DNA of 32,000 bases, taken from positions 90,001-122,000 of the forward strand of contig NZ_OZ017288.1 in the NCBI RefSeq assembly GCF_963967315.1. The letters are read 5' to 3'. A program made the position numbers and the translations under genes. The notes below the pieces were generated by a model. It was not told the DNA's origin, did not search any database, and saw only the letters and a program-made list of their open reading frames with translations. This document shows, one piece after another, positions 1 to 10,457 of the stretch. Positions within the stretch are counted from its first letter, which is position 1, and every line of letters begins with the position of its first letter. This stretch comes from Candidatus Minimicrobia sp. QA0096. Lineage in GTDB: Bacteria; Patescibacteriota; Saccharimonadia; Saccharimonadales; Saccharimonadaceae.

Positions 1-765
1 CTGGCGGAATTGTCAGAAATGGAAAAGCCGACGTTTTGGATTGACAAAGAGTCTGCTAGTCAATTGGATTATAAATCGGCGGAGCGTTACGGAAAATTCA
101 AGTCGCGTAATATTCGCCTGAACATGAAAGACGCTTCCAGTCGTAGTCAGCACGTGTTGGTTCGCGCGGAAAATGTGGCGGTTGGGATTGGTGAGCGGAT
201 ATTGTTTGAGGATGTGAATATTGATTTGCGTGAAGGTGAAGCGATTGAAATTAGAGGTCGCAATGGCGCTGGTAAGACTACGCTGATTCGGATGATTTTG
301 GCGTCGGGTAAGAGTTTTGATGGCGGTCCTATTCTTTATTCTGGCGATATTTTCCTTGATCCGCAGGTTCGAATTGGTGTTTATGAGCAAGAAATTGACG
401 AGCGATATCTGTCTGATCCGCTAGAAAAAGCGATTGAAAAATTGTATATGAGTTGCGATTTGTCGATTTCTGATACGAAAATTCGGCAACTTTTGGCAGA
501 CTATTTGTTCACGGACGCTGATCGAATGACGCCGCTGGTTCGCTTGTCTGGCGGTCAAAAGGCGCGTTTTCAGATTATTGCTATGTTGGCGAACGACCCG
601 CAACTGCTGATTTTAGACGAGCCGACGAATCACTTGGATTTGCCGAGTATCGAAGAACTGGAAACGGCGTTGGCCAAATATTCCGGCGCGATTCTTTACG
701 TCAGTCACGATAATTATTTCCGCGAAAAACTTGGCGGAAAAGTTGTGCAAATTGGCGCAGAATAA
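1..765 (+). CDS. ABC-F family ATPase, C-terminal cassette (5' end lies outside the window)
   Basis: Frame 1 is open from nt 1 (LAELSEMEK...). Walker A GRNGAGKTT, ABC signature LSGGQKAR, Walker B LLILDEPTNHLD and H-loop SHD are present. There are no TM segments. Confidence 0.85.
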   Translation: MAELSEMEKPTFWIDKESASQLDYKSAERYGKFKSRNIRLNMKDASSRSQHVLVRAENVAVGIGERILFEDVNIDLREGEAIEIRGRNGAGKTTLIRMILASGKSFDGGPILYSGDIFLDPQVRIGVYEQEIDERYLSDPLEKAIEKLYMSCDLSISDTKIRQLLADYLFTDADRMTPLVRLSGGQKARFQIIAMLANDPQLLILDEPTNHLDLPSIEELETALAKYSGAILYVSHDNYFREKLGGKVVQIGAE

Positions 766-767
766 AA

Positions 768-794
768 ATTTTCCGCCAGAATTTGACGGAAAAT
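768..794. terminator. Hairpin between convergent genes; a U-tract follows only on the minus strand, so it probably terminates the glutaredoxin-like gene
   Basis: 8-bp stem ATTTTCCG (768-775) pairs with CGGAAAAT (787-794). On the minus strand the stem is followed by UUUUAUU. Confidence 0.45.
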
Positions 795-814
795 CTTGAA
801 TCGTTTTAAGAAAA

Positions 815-1102
815 TTAGTCGGACAATAAGCCGTTTTTTCGTAGCAAATCTTGTAGTTTCGGTCGATCAAAACCAAGCACTAATTCCCCGTTAATATCCG
901 TTACTGGCACGCCTTGGAAATTGCCGCCATTTTTATTTAGCAACTCCTCTTTTGCGCCAGGATCAGCCTCGATATCTTTGGAAACAAAGTCAATTCCCAG
1001 CTTCTTCAGCCATTCCATTTCCGTGTGGCAAAACGCACACCAGCTAGTGTTGTACACGACAACTTTTGTGTCTTGATGGTTGTTCGTTGTGTCTTCGCTC
1101 AT
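815..1102 (-). CDS. Glutaredoxin-like (NrdH/YruB-type) thioredoxin-fold protein
   Basis: 95 aa. CAFC (CxxC) motif follows the strand VVVYNTSW, and GVPV...LGFD follows later. Upstream there is a TGCTATAAT box and a GGGGA SD. Confidence 0.75.
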   Translation of the reverse strand: MSEDTTNNHQDTKVVVYNTSWCAFCHTEMEWLKKLGIDFVSKDIEADPGAKEELLNKNGGNFQGVPVTDINGELVLGFDRPKLQDLLRKNGLLSD

Positions 1103-1150
1103 ATATTCCCCTATTTAATAACACTTCCAATTATAGCATAACGGTTACGT

Positions 1151-1375
1151 CTATTTAGAATTCTTCGACGTCAAATGCCAATTTTTGCACCACTCGCAGT
1201 GATATATATCAATCGACAAATTCGGGTTTGCTAATTCTTGGATTTCTGCTGCTTGGCGGGCCTTTATCTCTGTTGAGAAGCGACGTTTTTTCTGGCAATT
1301 AGCCAACCCTGAAATTGACATCAATGATGTTTTTTGGCTTTTTTGACTATTTTTTGAATAATTTCGTCGCGGCAT
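1151..1375 (-). CDS. Small basic hypothetical protein, possible Cys/His zinc-ribbon
   Basis: 74-aa ORF with C-x31-HCxxC-x2-H (ANCQ...YHCEWCKNWH). A TATACT box (1386-1391) lies 10 nt upstream of the ATG. An internal start at 1321 is an alternative. Confidence 0.4.
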   Translation of the reverse strand: MPRRNYSKNSQKSQKTSLMSISGLANCQKKRRFSTEIKARQAAEIQELANPNLSIDIYHCEWCKNWHLTSKNSK

Positions 1376-1376
1376 C

Positions 1377-1406
1377 TTGCAAAATAGTATAACAGATTGA
1401 TATAGT
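1377..1406 (+). promoter_or_regulatory. Candidate atp operon promoter (TTGCAA-18-TATAGT), 8 nt upstream of the first ATG
   Basis: TTGCAA at 1377-1382, TATAGT at 1401-1406, ATG at 1415. It overlaps the divergent TATACT box on the minus strand. Confidence 0.4.
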
Positions 1407-1414
1407 GGAAAGTA

Positions 1415-1675
1415 ATGGTAAAAGAAACTGACATTTCGGCTAATGATACAGGCGATTCTGGCGCGATGATGATCTTGGCAAGGACGATGATTGGTACAAT
1501 GTGGCGAATGTTTTTGCCAACAATTGGCTTAACTTTGTTAGGATTGTGGCTGGATAATGCCAGCGGAATAAAGATGAGATGGTTACTTGCTGGAATTATT
1601 TCTGGCGCGATTATCTCAGTGATTCTCGTAGCTTTGCAAATTGCTAAAATTAAACAGCAGGAGTTGAAGAAATGA
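1415..1675 (+). CDS. AtpI/AtpZ-like small membrane protein preceding atpB
   Basis: 86 aa with two hydrophobic helices. It sits first in the atp operon and its stop overlaps the atpB start (ATGA). Confidence 0.5.
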   Translation: MVKETDISANDTGDSGAMMILARTMIGTMWRMFLPTIGLTLLGLWLDNASGIKMRWLLAGIISGAIISVILVALQIAKIKQQELKK

Positions 1676-2508
1676 TCGATTATATGGCAAGCGCTGGTCC
1701 GCATATTTCAGTAAAGGTTGACGAAGTTTTCAATGTCGCTGGCGTGTCTATTACGAATTCACACTTGATGGGATTCTTGGGATTGATTGTACTAGTGTGG
1801 GCAATGTTTCGTACTCGTGCGGCGGTTTTAGGTAAAAAGAAGCATAATTTTATTACAAGACTAATTCAGTGGACGTTCGACGGACTTTATAATACAGTTT
1901 GCCAAGTCATTCCGGACCGAAAATGGGCGCGTAAGGTTGCTCCGCTTTGTATTACACTATTTTTCTTTATCGTTGCGCAGTACTGGCTGGGACTTTTGCC
2001 GATCGTTGGTCCAATTACAATTGGCGAGCATCACACCCCACTGTTCCGCGGTGGAGTTGCGGATCTTAATATGACTTTCGGCTTGGCAATCGTAACGATT
2101 GTCGCGGCTCAGATTTACGCGTTTAAATATCTTGGCTTTAAGGGCAATTTGGGGCGATATTTCGTTAACCCGCTGCGCGATCCAATCATGTCATTTGTCG
2201 GCATTTTGGAATTGGTGGCTGAATTTTCGCGAATGCTGGGACTTAGTTTCCGCCTATTTGGTAACGTTTTGGCTGGCGAAATTCTCTTGGCGATTATCGC
2301 TTACATGACGAAGTTTTTGTCGCCCGTAGCTCTGCAACCATTCTATTTCTTTGAGTTATTTATCGGCGGTATTCAGGCGTATATTTTCTTTATGCTATCA
2401 ACTGTGTTTATTTCCCTGGGGCTGGCTCACCATGATTCACACGAGCCAATTGATGAAGTTCACTCCTCTGTTGAAACTAATAAATTAGCAACATCAGAGA
2501 GTGATTAA
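1672..2508 (+). CDS. atpB: F0 ATP synthase subunit a
   Basis: Polytopic membrane protein with the conserved LSFRLFGNVLAGE motif containing the essential Arg. Operon context supports the call. Confidence 0.9.
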   Translation: MIDYMASAGPHISVKVDEVFNVAGVSITNSHLMGFLGLIVLVWAMFRTRAAVLGKKKHNFITRLIQWTFDGLYNTVCQVIPDRKWARKVAPLCITLFFFIVAQYWLGLLPIVGPITIGEHHTPLFRGGVADLNMTFGLAIVTIVAAQIYAFKYLGFKGNLGRYFVNPLRDPIMSFVGILELVAEFSRMLGLSFRLFGNVLAGEILLAIIAYMTKFLSPVALQPFYFFELFIGGIQAYIFFMLSTVFISLGLAHHDSHEPIDEVHSSVETNKLATSESD

Positions 2509-2544
2509 ATTAGGTAATAATTAATTAAAAGGAGAATATTAACC

Positions 2545-2757
2545 ATGGAAGCATTAGCATTCACACTTACCTACGCAATCCCAGCTGCATTTGCTGCAAT
2601 CGGCGCTGCAATCGTTGGCGCAGCAGCTATGAACGCCGCTGGTCGTAACCCAGAAAAAATCAACGATCTACGTACAATGATGATCTTGGGCATTTCATTC
2701 ATCGACGCTATTGCTATTATCGGTTTCGTCGCAGCAATCGTCGGCAAAGTTATGTAG
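2545..2757 (+). CDS. atpE: F0 ATP synthase subunit c
   Basis: 70-aa helical hairpin with a GRNPE loop and a carboxylate (FIDAIAI) in helix 2. AAAGGAG SD upstream. Confidence 0.9.
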   Translation: MEALAFTLTYAIPAAFAAIGAAIVGAAAMNAAGRNPEKINDLRTMMILGISFIDAIAIIGFVAAIVGKVM

Positions 2758-2772
2758 TTTTCGGAGTAAATT

Positions 2773-3315
2773 GTGGAGAAAATATTAACACAATTTGCCA
2801 ATTCTGGCGCATCGGAAAAAGCTGGTTTGTTTGATTCGCTGGGTATTGATTGGGCTCTGTTGGCTTTTCAGACAGTAGCGTTTCTAATTCTGCTGTTTGT
2901 TTTGCGTAAATTTGTCTATCCGCCAATGATGGAAATGCTCGTCAAGCGAGAAAAAGACTTGAAAGCGGCTGACGCGGCGGCAAAATCTGCCAAGGAAAAT
3001 GCCGACCGAGCTGAAGAAATGACTGCCGAAATGATGCGAAAAGCACGAGCGCAAGCTAGCGACATCGTGGCGTCTGCTCGAGAAGAAGCGACCGAAGTCG
3101 TTGAAGAAGCGGCTAAAAAAGCGACTGCCAAATCTGAAGCTTTGATTAAAGAAGCGCATAATACGATTGCTCAAGAAATTGAAAACGCTAAGAAAGATCT
3201 GCACAATTCGACATTAGAGTTGGTAGCTGAAGCGACTGGCAAGGTTTTGGGCGAGAAAATTGATGCGAAGAAAGATACAAAGCTGATTTCGGAAGCGCTT
3301 GAGGAGGCTAAATAG
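2773..3315 (+). CDS. atpF: F0 ATP synthase subunit b
   Basis: GTG start after a GGAG SD. One N-terminal TM helix is followed by a long charged Ala/Glu/Lys coiled coil. Confidence 0.85.
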   Translation: MEKILTQFANSGASEKAGLFDSLGIDWALLAFQTVAFLILLFVLRKFVYPPMMEMLVKREKDLKAADAAAKSAKENADRAEEMTAEMMRKARAQASDIVASAREEATEVVEEAAKKATAKSEALIKEAHNTIAQEIENAKKDLHNSTLELVAEATGKVLGEKIDAKKDTKLISEALEEAK

Positions 3316-3714
3316 ATGAAGTCGGTGTCCAGGAGAAAGTTGGCAAAGTATGCAGCTGAACAGATTTTAGCTGGCAATGACGCTGTGTTGGAAGAAATTG
3401 CCGGTCTTTTGATTTATGAAAAGCACGAACGTGAAGTTGATTTGTTGGTGCGAGATATTGAGGCTGAATTGGCCGAGCGTGGTGAAATTGTAGCGTCGGT
3501 CGAGAGTGCGAGAGCGCTTGACGACAGTACAAGGCGTAAAATAGAGCAATTTCTGGCGTCTGCGGCGAGCGATAAAAATAGCAAGCCAAAAGTGTCGCTA
3601 AGAGAATCAATTGACCCGACGTTGATTGGTGGATTTAAGCTACAAACGCCGACCGCAACACTGGACGCAACGGTTTCGAAGAAGTTAAACGACTTGCGGG
3701 CGAAGAAAATCTAG
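3316..3714 (+). CDS. atpH: F1 ATP synthase subunit delta (short form, 132 aa)
   Basis: Located between atpF and atpA. The C-terminal motif [12 protein letters not shown]...[13 protein letters not shown] is typical of delta/OSCP. GAGGAGG SD upstream. Confidence 0.7.
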   Translation: MKSVSRRKLAKYAAEQILAGNDAVLEEIAGLLIYEKHEREVDLLVRDIEAELAERGEIVASVESARALDDSTRRKIEQFLASAASDKNSKPKVSLRESIDPTLIGGFKLQTPTATLDATVSKKLNDLRAKKI

Positions 3715-3722
3715 GAGGAAAA

Positions 3723-5249
3723 ATGAGCAAGATTGATGTGACAGAATTAGCCAAAAGCCTGCGGGAAAAAATCGCGCAGCTGGAGGCGACGGAAGGTTTG
3801 GAAGATGCTGGCGTGGTTATTCGCGTTGGTGACGGCGTGGCTTGGGTGCATGGTCTAAGTAGCGCTGGCTATAGTGAAGTGCTAGAAATTGAAACTGATG
3901 ACGACACGGTTGAAGCATTTGCTCTGAACTTGATGGAAGATGAAATTGGCGCGGTGATTCTTGGCGGTGAAGATAAGGTCAAGGCTGGCGCTAGCGTTCG
4001 TCGTAAGGGTTCGGTGCTAGACGTTCCTGTCGGCGAAGAGCTGTTGGGGCGAGTGGTTGATCCGCTAGGTCGGCCTCTTGACGACGGTCCAGCGATTAAA
4101 ACGAAGAAACGTGGTTTAATTGAGCGTCCTGCTATTGGCGTGATGGGTCGTAAGTCGGTTCACGAACCTCTGATGACCGGTATTATGTCGATCGATGCTA
4201 TGTTCCCGATCGGTCGTGGTCAGCGTGAGCTTATTATCGGCGACCGTCAAACTGGTAAGACGGCAATTGCTATTGATACGATGATCAACCAGGCGCGTCA
4301 AAAGACTGGCGTGGTAAATGTTTATGTGGCGATTGGTCAGAAATTGTCGAAGATCGCCAGGTTGGTCGACCGATTGAAAGAAGAAGGCGTGATGGATCAG
4401 ACGATTATCGTCGCAACCAGCCCGTCCGACGCAGCCTCTCTGCTTTATTTGGCGCCTTACGCTGGTACTGCTATGGGAGAATACTTCCGAGATAACGGCG
4501 GTCACGCATTGACGATTTATGACGATTTGACCAAGCACGCGGTGGCTTATCGACAGATGTCGCTATTGTTGCGCCGTCCACCAGGACGCGAAGCTTATCC
4601 AGGTGATGTCTTCTATTTGCACTCGCGCTTGTTGGAGCGTTCGGCCAAATTGTCAGATAAACTTGGCGCGGGAAGCTTGACGGCTCTGCCAATCATCGAA
4701 ACGCAGGCTGGCGACATTTCCGCTTACATTCCGACCAACGTGATTTCCATTACTGACGGTCAGATTTTCCTGGAAACCGACTTGTTCTATCAAGGCATTC
4801 GCCCAGCCATCTCAGCCGGTCTATCAGTTTCTCGTGTTGGTGGCGCAGCTCAGACGAAAGCCGTTAAATCTGTCGGCGGAAACTTGAAGCTCGGTCTTTC
4901 TCAGTTCCGCGAATTGGCATCATTTGCTCAATTCGGCTCAGATCTTGACGACGCGACAAAAGCTCAAATTGACCGCGGTCAGCGACTCACTGAACTTCTG
5001 AAGCAGCCACAATATCAGCCAATGAGCGTCTGGGAGCAATTTGTCAGCATTCACGCTGTGACTAGCGGTATGTTTGACGATGTTCCAGTTGCAAAGATTA
5101 AAGACGCGCAGTCTGCCCTATTGACTTATCTCTGGAAAAATTCTAAAGATGCTATGCGTGAGTTAAACAAGGGCGACAAACCTTCGGATGAGCAATTGAA
5201 ATTGATTGATGAAGCTACGAAAGAAATAGCGAAAGGATTTGAGGAGTAA
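3723..5249 (+). CDS. atpA: F1 ATP synthase subunit alpha
   Basis: Walker A GDRQTGKT. Full-length alpha-type sequence of 508 aa. Confidence 0.97.
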   Translation: MSKIDVTELAKSLREKIAQLEATEGLEDAGVVIRVGDGVAWVHGLSSAGYSEVLEIETDDDTVEAFALNLMEDEIGAVILGGEDKVKAGASVRRKGSVLDVPVGEELLGRVVDPLGRPLDDGPAIKTKKRGLIERPAIGVMGRKSVHEPLMTGIMSIDAMFPIGRGQRELIIGDRQTGKTAIAIDTMINQARQKTGVVNVYVAIGQKLSKIARLVDRLKEEGVMDQTIIVATSPSDAASLLYLAPYAGTAMGEYFRDNGGHALTIYDDLTKHAVAYRQMSLLLRRPPGREAYPGDVFYLHSRLLERSAKLSDKLGAGSLTALPIIETQAGDISAYIPTNVISITDGQIFLETDLFYQGIRPAISAGLSVSRVGGAAQTKAVKSVGGNLKLGLSQFRELASFAQFGSDLDDATKAQIDRGQRLTELLKQPQYQPMSVWEQFVSIHAVTSGMFDDVPVAKIKDAQSALLTYLWKNSKDAMRELNKGDKPSDEQLKLIDEATKEIAKGFEE

Positions 5250-5252
5250 TTC

Positions 5253-7582
<2,330 letters not shown>

Positions 7583-7584
7583 TC

Positions 7585-8010
7585 ATGAAATTGTCATTAG
7601 TCACACTTATCGGTACGAAGGTTGACGAAGAAGTTTATTCGGTGTCAATTCCGACTACTGACGGCGAAATTTCCGTTTTCCCAAGCCATGAGCCGCTAGT
7701 GACGATTGCACGGGACGGCGTAATTACCGTGCGTCGACATAAAGAAGATTCCGATAATCAGTTGGAGTATTTCGCAATCTCTGGTGGCGTGGTAAAAATT
7801 GATTATTCGTCGGTGCAAATTTTGGTTGATGAAGCTGATCACGGCGATGACATCATCGAGGCGGAAACTCAGAAGGCTCTGGAGCGTGCTATTAAGGCGC
7901 GTGATGAGGCTGGCGATCAAGTTGAGCGTGAGAAGGCCAAGCAGCTTATCGATCGTCATATGGTGCGCTTGAAGGTTGCTGATCTTCATAGGCGTAAGCG
8001 ACGACGCTAA
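7585..8010 (+). CDS. atpC: F1 ATP synthase subunit epsilon
   Basis: Last gene of the operon. It has an N-terminal beta-sandwich-type sequence and a C-terminal helical region ending in the basic tail RRKRRR. Confidence 0.88.
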   Translation: MKLSLVTLIGTKVDEEVYSVSIPTTDGEISVFPSHEPLVTIARDGVITVRRHKEDSDNQLEYFAISGGVVKIDYSSVQILVDEADHGDDIIEAETQKALERAIKARDEAGDQVEREKAKQLIDRHMVRLKVADLHRRKRRR

Positions 8011-8032
8011 CTATATATCGGCAATGCTACGA

Positions 8033-8055
8033 AGGAGCCTGATTATTAGGCTCCT
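8033..8055. terminator. Perfect 8-bp hairpin between convergent atpC and the 291-aa gene (no clear U-tract)
   Basis: AGGAGCCT (8033-8040) pairs with AGGCTCCT (8048-8055). The minus-strand stop codon (8046-8048) spans the loop/stem boundary. Confidence 0.4.
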
Positions 8056-8921
8056 CGTGCTATGTCTTGCTTGAGATCCTCGATTGACACTTGCGCAATA
8101 TCGACAGTGTCATAGGAATATAGATTAGGAATGTCCTCTTCGTATGGCTTAATAAAGTACTCGATAATAAGTTCTGGGTCTAGCATCCGCTGACCGTCGT
8201 AATTGTATTGACCGCTCATTGAATAGGCGCAACTCCCAACGTCTCGCACAAACCTAGAGATTTTTGCCGAGTCTTTGTTGGTCTGCTGAAATGTTTCAGT
8301 ATCAATGCACCACGGTTTAGTGCTGATAGTAAATGCAAAGTTTTTTATTTGCGCGTCATTCATTGTATACGGTTTTTCTAGGCTGTGAAAATAGTGCATA
8401 GTGACGAATGCAGTACGGGCGATAAGCCGTGCTTTTTCTTCAGGTAGCATAGTTTCGCGGTATTCGTCGACTAGACTATCGCAGCTCCGCACGCCTTGTA
8501 TAAAATCGGTAATCACTGCCACTTCTCCATTCTCGAGGCGGATAACGCCTTTCGGCTCGAAGGTGCGAATTGCTTGAGGGTGCTCTAAGCTATTGATATC
8601 TCGCATTGTATCAATATCTTTCAATGCTGCGCGCGGTGTAAGATATGGCTTGATTGCCCAAGGTTGAGTTGCGAGAGCTACGCCCGAGCAGTATGATGTT
8701 GCATCATAAAACCCAACTTCATTGATGCTATTGCGGCGACCTTCCGAGTAATCGTCGCGAGGATCTAACCCTATATAAAGATAATCTAATGGCACACCCA
8801 ACTGGTCGGTGCCAAATAATGCAATATCTCCTGGATACAGTTGATCTACTTGTTTTCGTAAATCGATCGTATCATCAATAGCGATTGGTGTTATAGATAA
8901 ATATCTTTCGAGCTGACGCAT
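8046..8921 (-). CDS. Hypothetical protein with a possible protein-kinase-like catalytic core
   Basis: 291-aa ORF. D189-x4-N194 (NDAQIKN) is followed 13 residues later by IDTE (D207). This is the spacing of the kinase catalytic loop and the DFG-equivalent. A hinge-like VAVITDFIQG is also present. No glycine loop is visible. Confidence 0.55.
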   Translation of the reverse strand: MRQLERYLSITPIAIDDTIDLRKQVDQLYPGDIALFGTDQLGVPLDYLYIGLDPRDDYSEGRRNSINEVGFYDATSYCSGVALATQPWAIKPYLTPRAALKDIDTMRDINSLEHPQAIRTFEPKGVIRLENGEVAVITDFIQGVRSCDSLVDEYRETMLPEEKARLIARTAFVTMHYFHSLEKPYTMNDAQIKNFAFTISTKPWCIDTETFQQTNKDSAKISRFVRDVGSCAYSMSGQYNYDGQRMLDPELIIEYFIKPYEEDIPNLYSYDTVDIAQVSIEDLKQDIARGA

Positions 8922-8934
8922 AAACTATTTTATA

Positions 8935-9894
8935 TCATAAATCACGGATATTTGCAATAGCTAGGCGGACTTCATCGGTCGTCGTGGTGTGCATTAATTT
9001 CTCTCGAAGTTCCTTTGCGCCGTCAAAATCGCGAATATAAATCTTGAAAAAACGTTTTAGAGTTTCAAAAGGTCGCCCTAAAATCGGCTGGTAAGAATCA
9101 AATAAATCCAAGTGATAATTAAGAAGCGTCAATAGTTCTTCTTTGTGATTATCTGCGTCAGTTTTCGATTCACGGAAGCAGAACGGATCACTGAAAACGC
9201 CTCGCCCAATCATAATTCCATTCACGCCGGGATGCTTTCTGGTAATTTCCAAGCCATGTTCTCTGTCGCGAATGTCGCCGTTGATAGTCAAAAGAGTTTG
9301 TGGGGCAATTTCATCGCGCAGCTTAACAATCTCGTCAATCAATTCATAATGCGCCGCAACTTTGCTCATCTCTTTTTTTGTACGCAGATGAATCGTCAAG
9401 TTCACGATGTCTTGTCTGAGAATTGTCGTAAGCCACTCGCGCCACTCGTCGACATAAGTATAGCCCAGACGGGTTTTTACACTAACTGGCAATCCAGATT
9501 TTTTGGCGGCGTCAATTGCAGCTATCGCTATGTCGGGTCGGCGAATCAGAGCCGCGCCACCGCTTTTAATGGCAGATTTGGCGGGACAACCCATATTGAT
9601 ATCAATTCCGTTAAAACCAAGTTCCGCGCAGTGCTTAGCAAAAGCTTCCATATCTCCTGGCTCGCCACCCCAAATTTGCGCAATTAGTGGCTGCTCATCG
9701 TCGGTTTTAATTAATCGCCCAGCTATGGCTTTGTCGCCAGCGTGAACCCAGCCGGTAGCATTTGCGAACTCAGTGAAAAATATATCTGGTGCGCCAGCCT
9801 GTTTCACGACATGACGAAACACGACGTCAGTGACGGCTTCCATTGGTGCCAATATGAAAAATGGCTGCGGTAAATCATTCCAAAACGATGTCAT
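8935..9894 (-). CDS. dus: tRNA-dihydrouridine synthase
   Basis: 319 aa. Motifs FILAPMEAVTD and GIDINMGCPA, with a TIM-barrel FMN enzyme pattern. Confidence 0.88.
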   Translation of the reverse strand: MTSFWNDLPQPFFILAPMEAVTDVVFRHVVKQAGAPDIFFTEFANATGWVHAGDKAIAGRLIKTDDEQPLIAQIWGGEPGDMEAFAKHCAELGFNGIDINMGCPAKSAIKSGGAALIRRPDIAIAAIDAAKKSGLPVSVKTRLGYTYVDEWREWLTTILRQDIVNLTIHLRTKKEMSKVAAHYELIDEIVKLRDEIAPQTLLTINGDIRDREHGLEITRKHPGVNGIMIGRGVFSDPFCFRESKTDADNHKEELLTLLNYHLDLFDSYQPILGRPFETLKRFFKIYIRDFDGAKELREKLMHTTTTDEVRLAIANIRDL

Positions 9895-9911
9895 CTCTGT
9901 TATTTTATCAC

Positions 9912-9954
9912 AAAAAGGAGAAAACCCCTCACTCTCGTCTTTGAGAATGAGGGG
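9912..9954 (-). terminator. Strong intrinsic terminator ending the GC-rich RNA locus
   Basis: On the minus strand, the 12-bp stem CCCCUCAUUCUC / GAGAGUGAGGGG (including U-G pairs) has loop AAAGAC and is followed by UUUUCUCCUUUUU. Confidence 0.7.
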
Positions 9955-10266
9955 GATGGGGGCTCAAGCGGTTCTGCTCGGAGTTGATCTCAACGGTGAG
10001 AAAAACTGCCACGAGTGAATCTCGCGAACCCGAAACTGGGAGGGAAGCAAAACCCTTTGTTTTACTTCCCGGCGGACATGGAGGGAGTCGAACCCTCATC
10101 CTCACTCCTTATGGAGTAAGGGCACCGTTTTACATGTCCCTTGATTCTTTTCCGGATTACCGGCTGGCTGAATCACGCCAGGAGCGGACGGACGCTCTTG
10201 TGCTAACACTAAGTTAGCTTTTTCGTAGATTAAGATCTGCGACCGTCAGTTAGGATGGCTCAAAAT
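9955..10266 (-). ncRNA. GC-rich highly structured RNA of unassigned family (possibly a divergent or degenerate tmRNA-related RNA)
   Basis: A run of perfect hairpins read on the minus strand (10202-10218, 10182-10197, 10164-10181, 10152-10163, 10042-10070) surrounds a tRNA-like module and ends at a terminator. The region is open in several frames on both strands. Confidence 0.45.
10073..10139 (-). ncRNA. Closed tRNA-like module (tmRNA-TLD-like): acceptor stem and T-arm, with a 9-bp hairpin in place of the D and anticodon arms
   Basis: Minus strand reads GGACAUG-UA-AAACGGUG-CCUUACUCC-AUAA-GGAGUGAGG-AU-GAGGG-UUCGACU-CCCUC-CAUGUCC-G. There is a 7-bp acceptor stem and a canonical T-loop. No anticodon loop and no encoded CCA are present. 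Confidence 0.55.
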
Positions 10267-10449
10267 CTAGTTAGAAGACTTGAGCTCTCCCCTCTGGGCA
10301 GCTCGAGCATCGTCGCCCATCTTGCCGACATACTTGGCGGCTCGGTCATTCATGGCCTTCTGGGCGCTGTCTGCCGTTCCGTTCTGGACGGCTTCAGCAG
10401 CCTTACGGTATGCCTCCCGAGATCGGTCTTCAAAAAACACCGCCTTCAC
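10267..10449 (-). CDS. Possible small ORF (57-60 codons) in the GC-rich segment; may be an artefact of structured RNA
   Basis: GTG at 10449 or 10440, preceded by AAGAGGUGAAGG. The segment is about 60% GC by eye, against about 44% for its surroundings. I recognise no family. Confidence 0.3.
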   Translation of the reverse strand: MKAVFFEDRSREAYRKAAEAVQNGTADSAQKAMNDRAAKYVGKMGDDARAAQRGELKSSN

Positions 10450-10457
10450 CTCTTTCC

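Noticed and set aside
10202-10225. GCTAAC-ACTAA-GTTAGC followed by TTTTT looks like a plus-strand intrinsic terminator.
   Set aside because: No plus-strand gene or promoter feeds it. The surrounding T-arm (UUCGACU) is meaningful only on the minus strand. It is more likely one of the hairpins of the minus-strand RNA.
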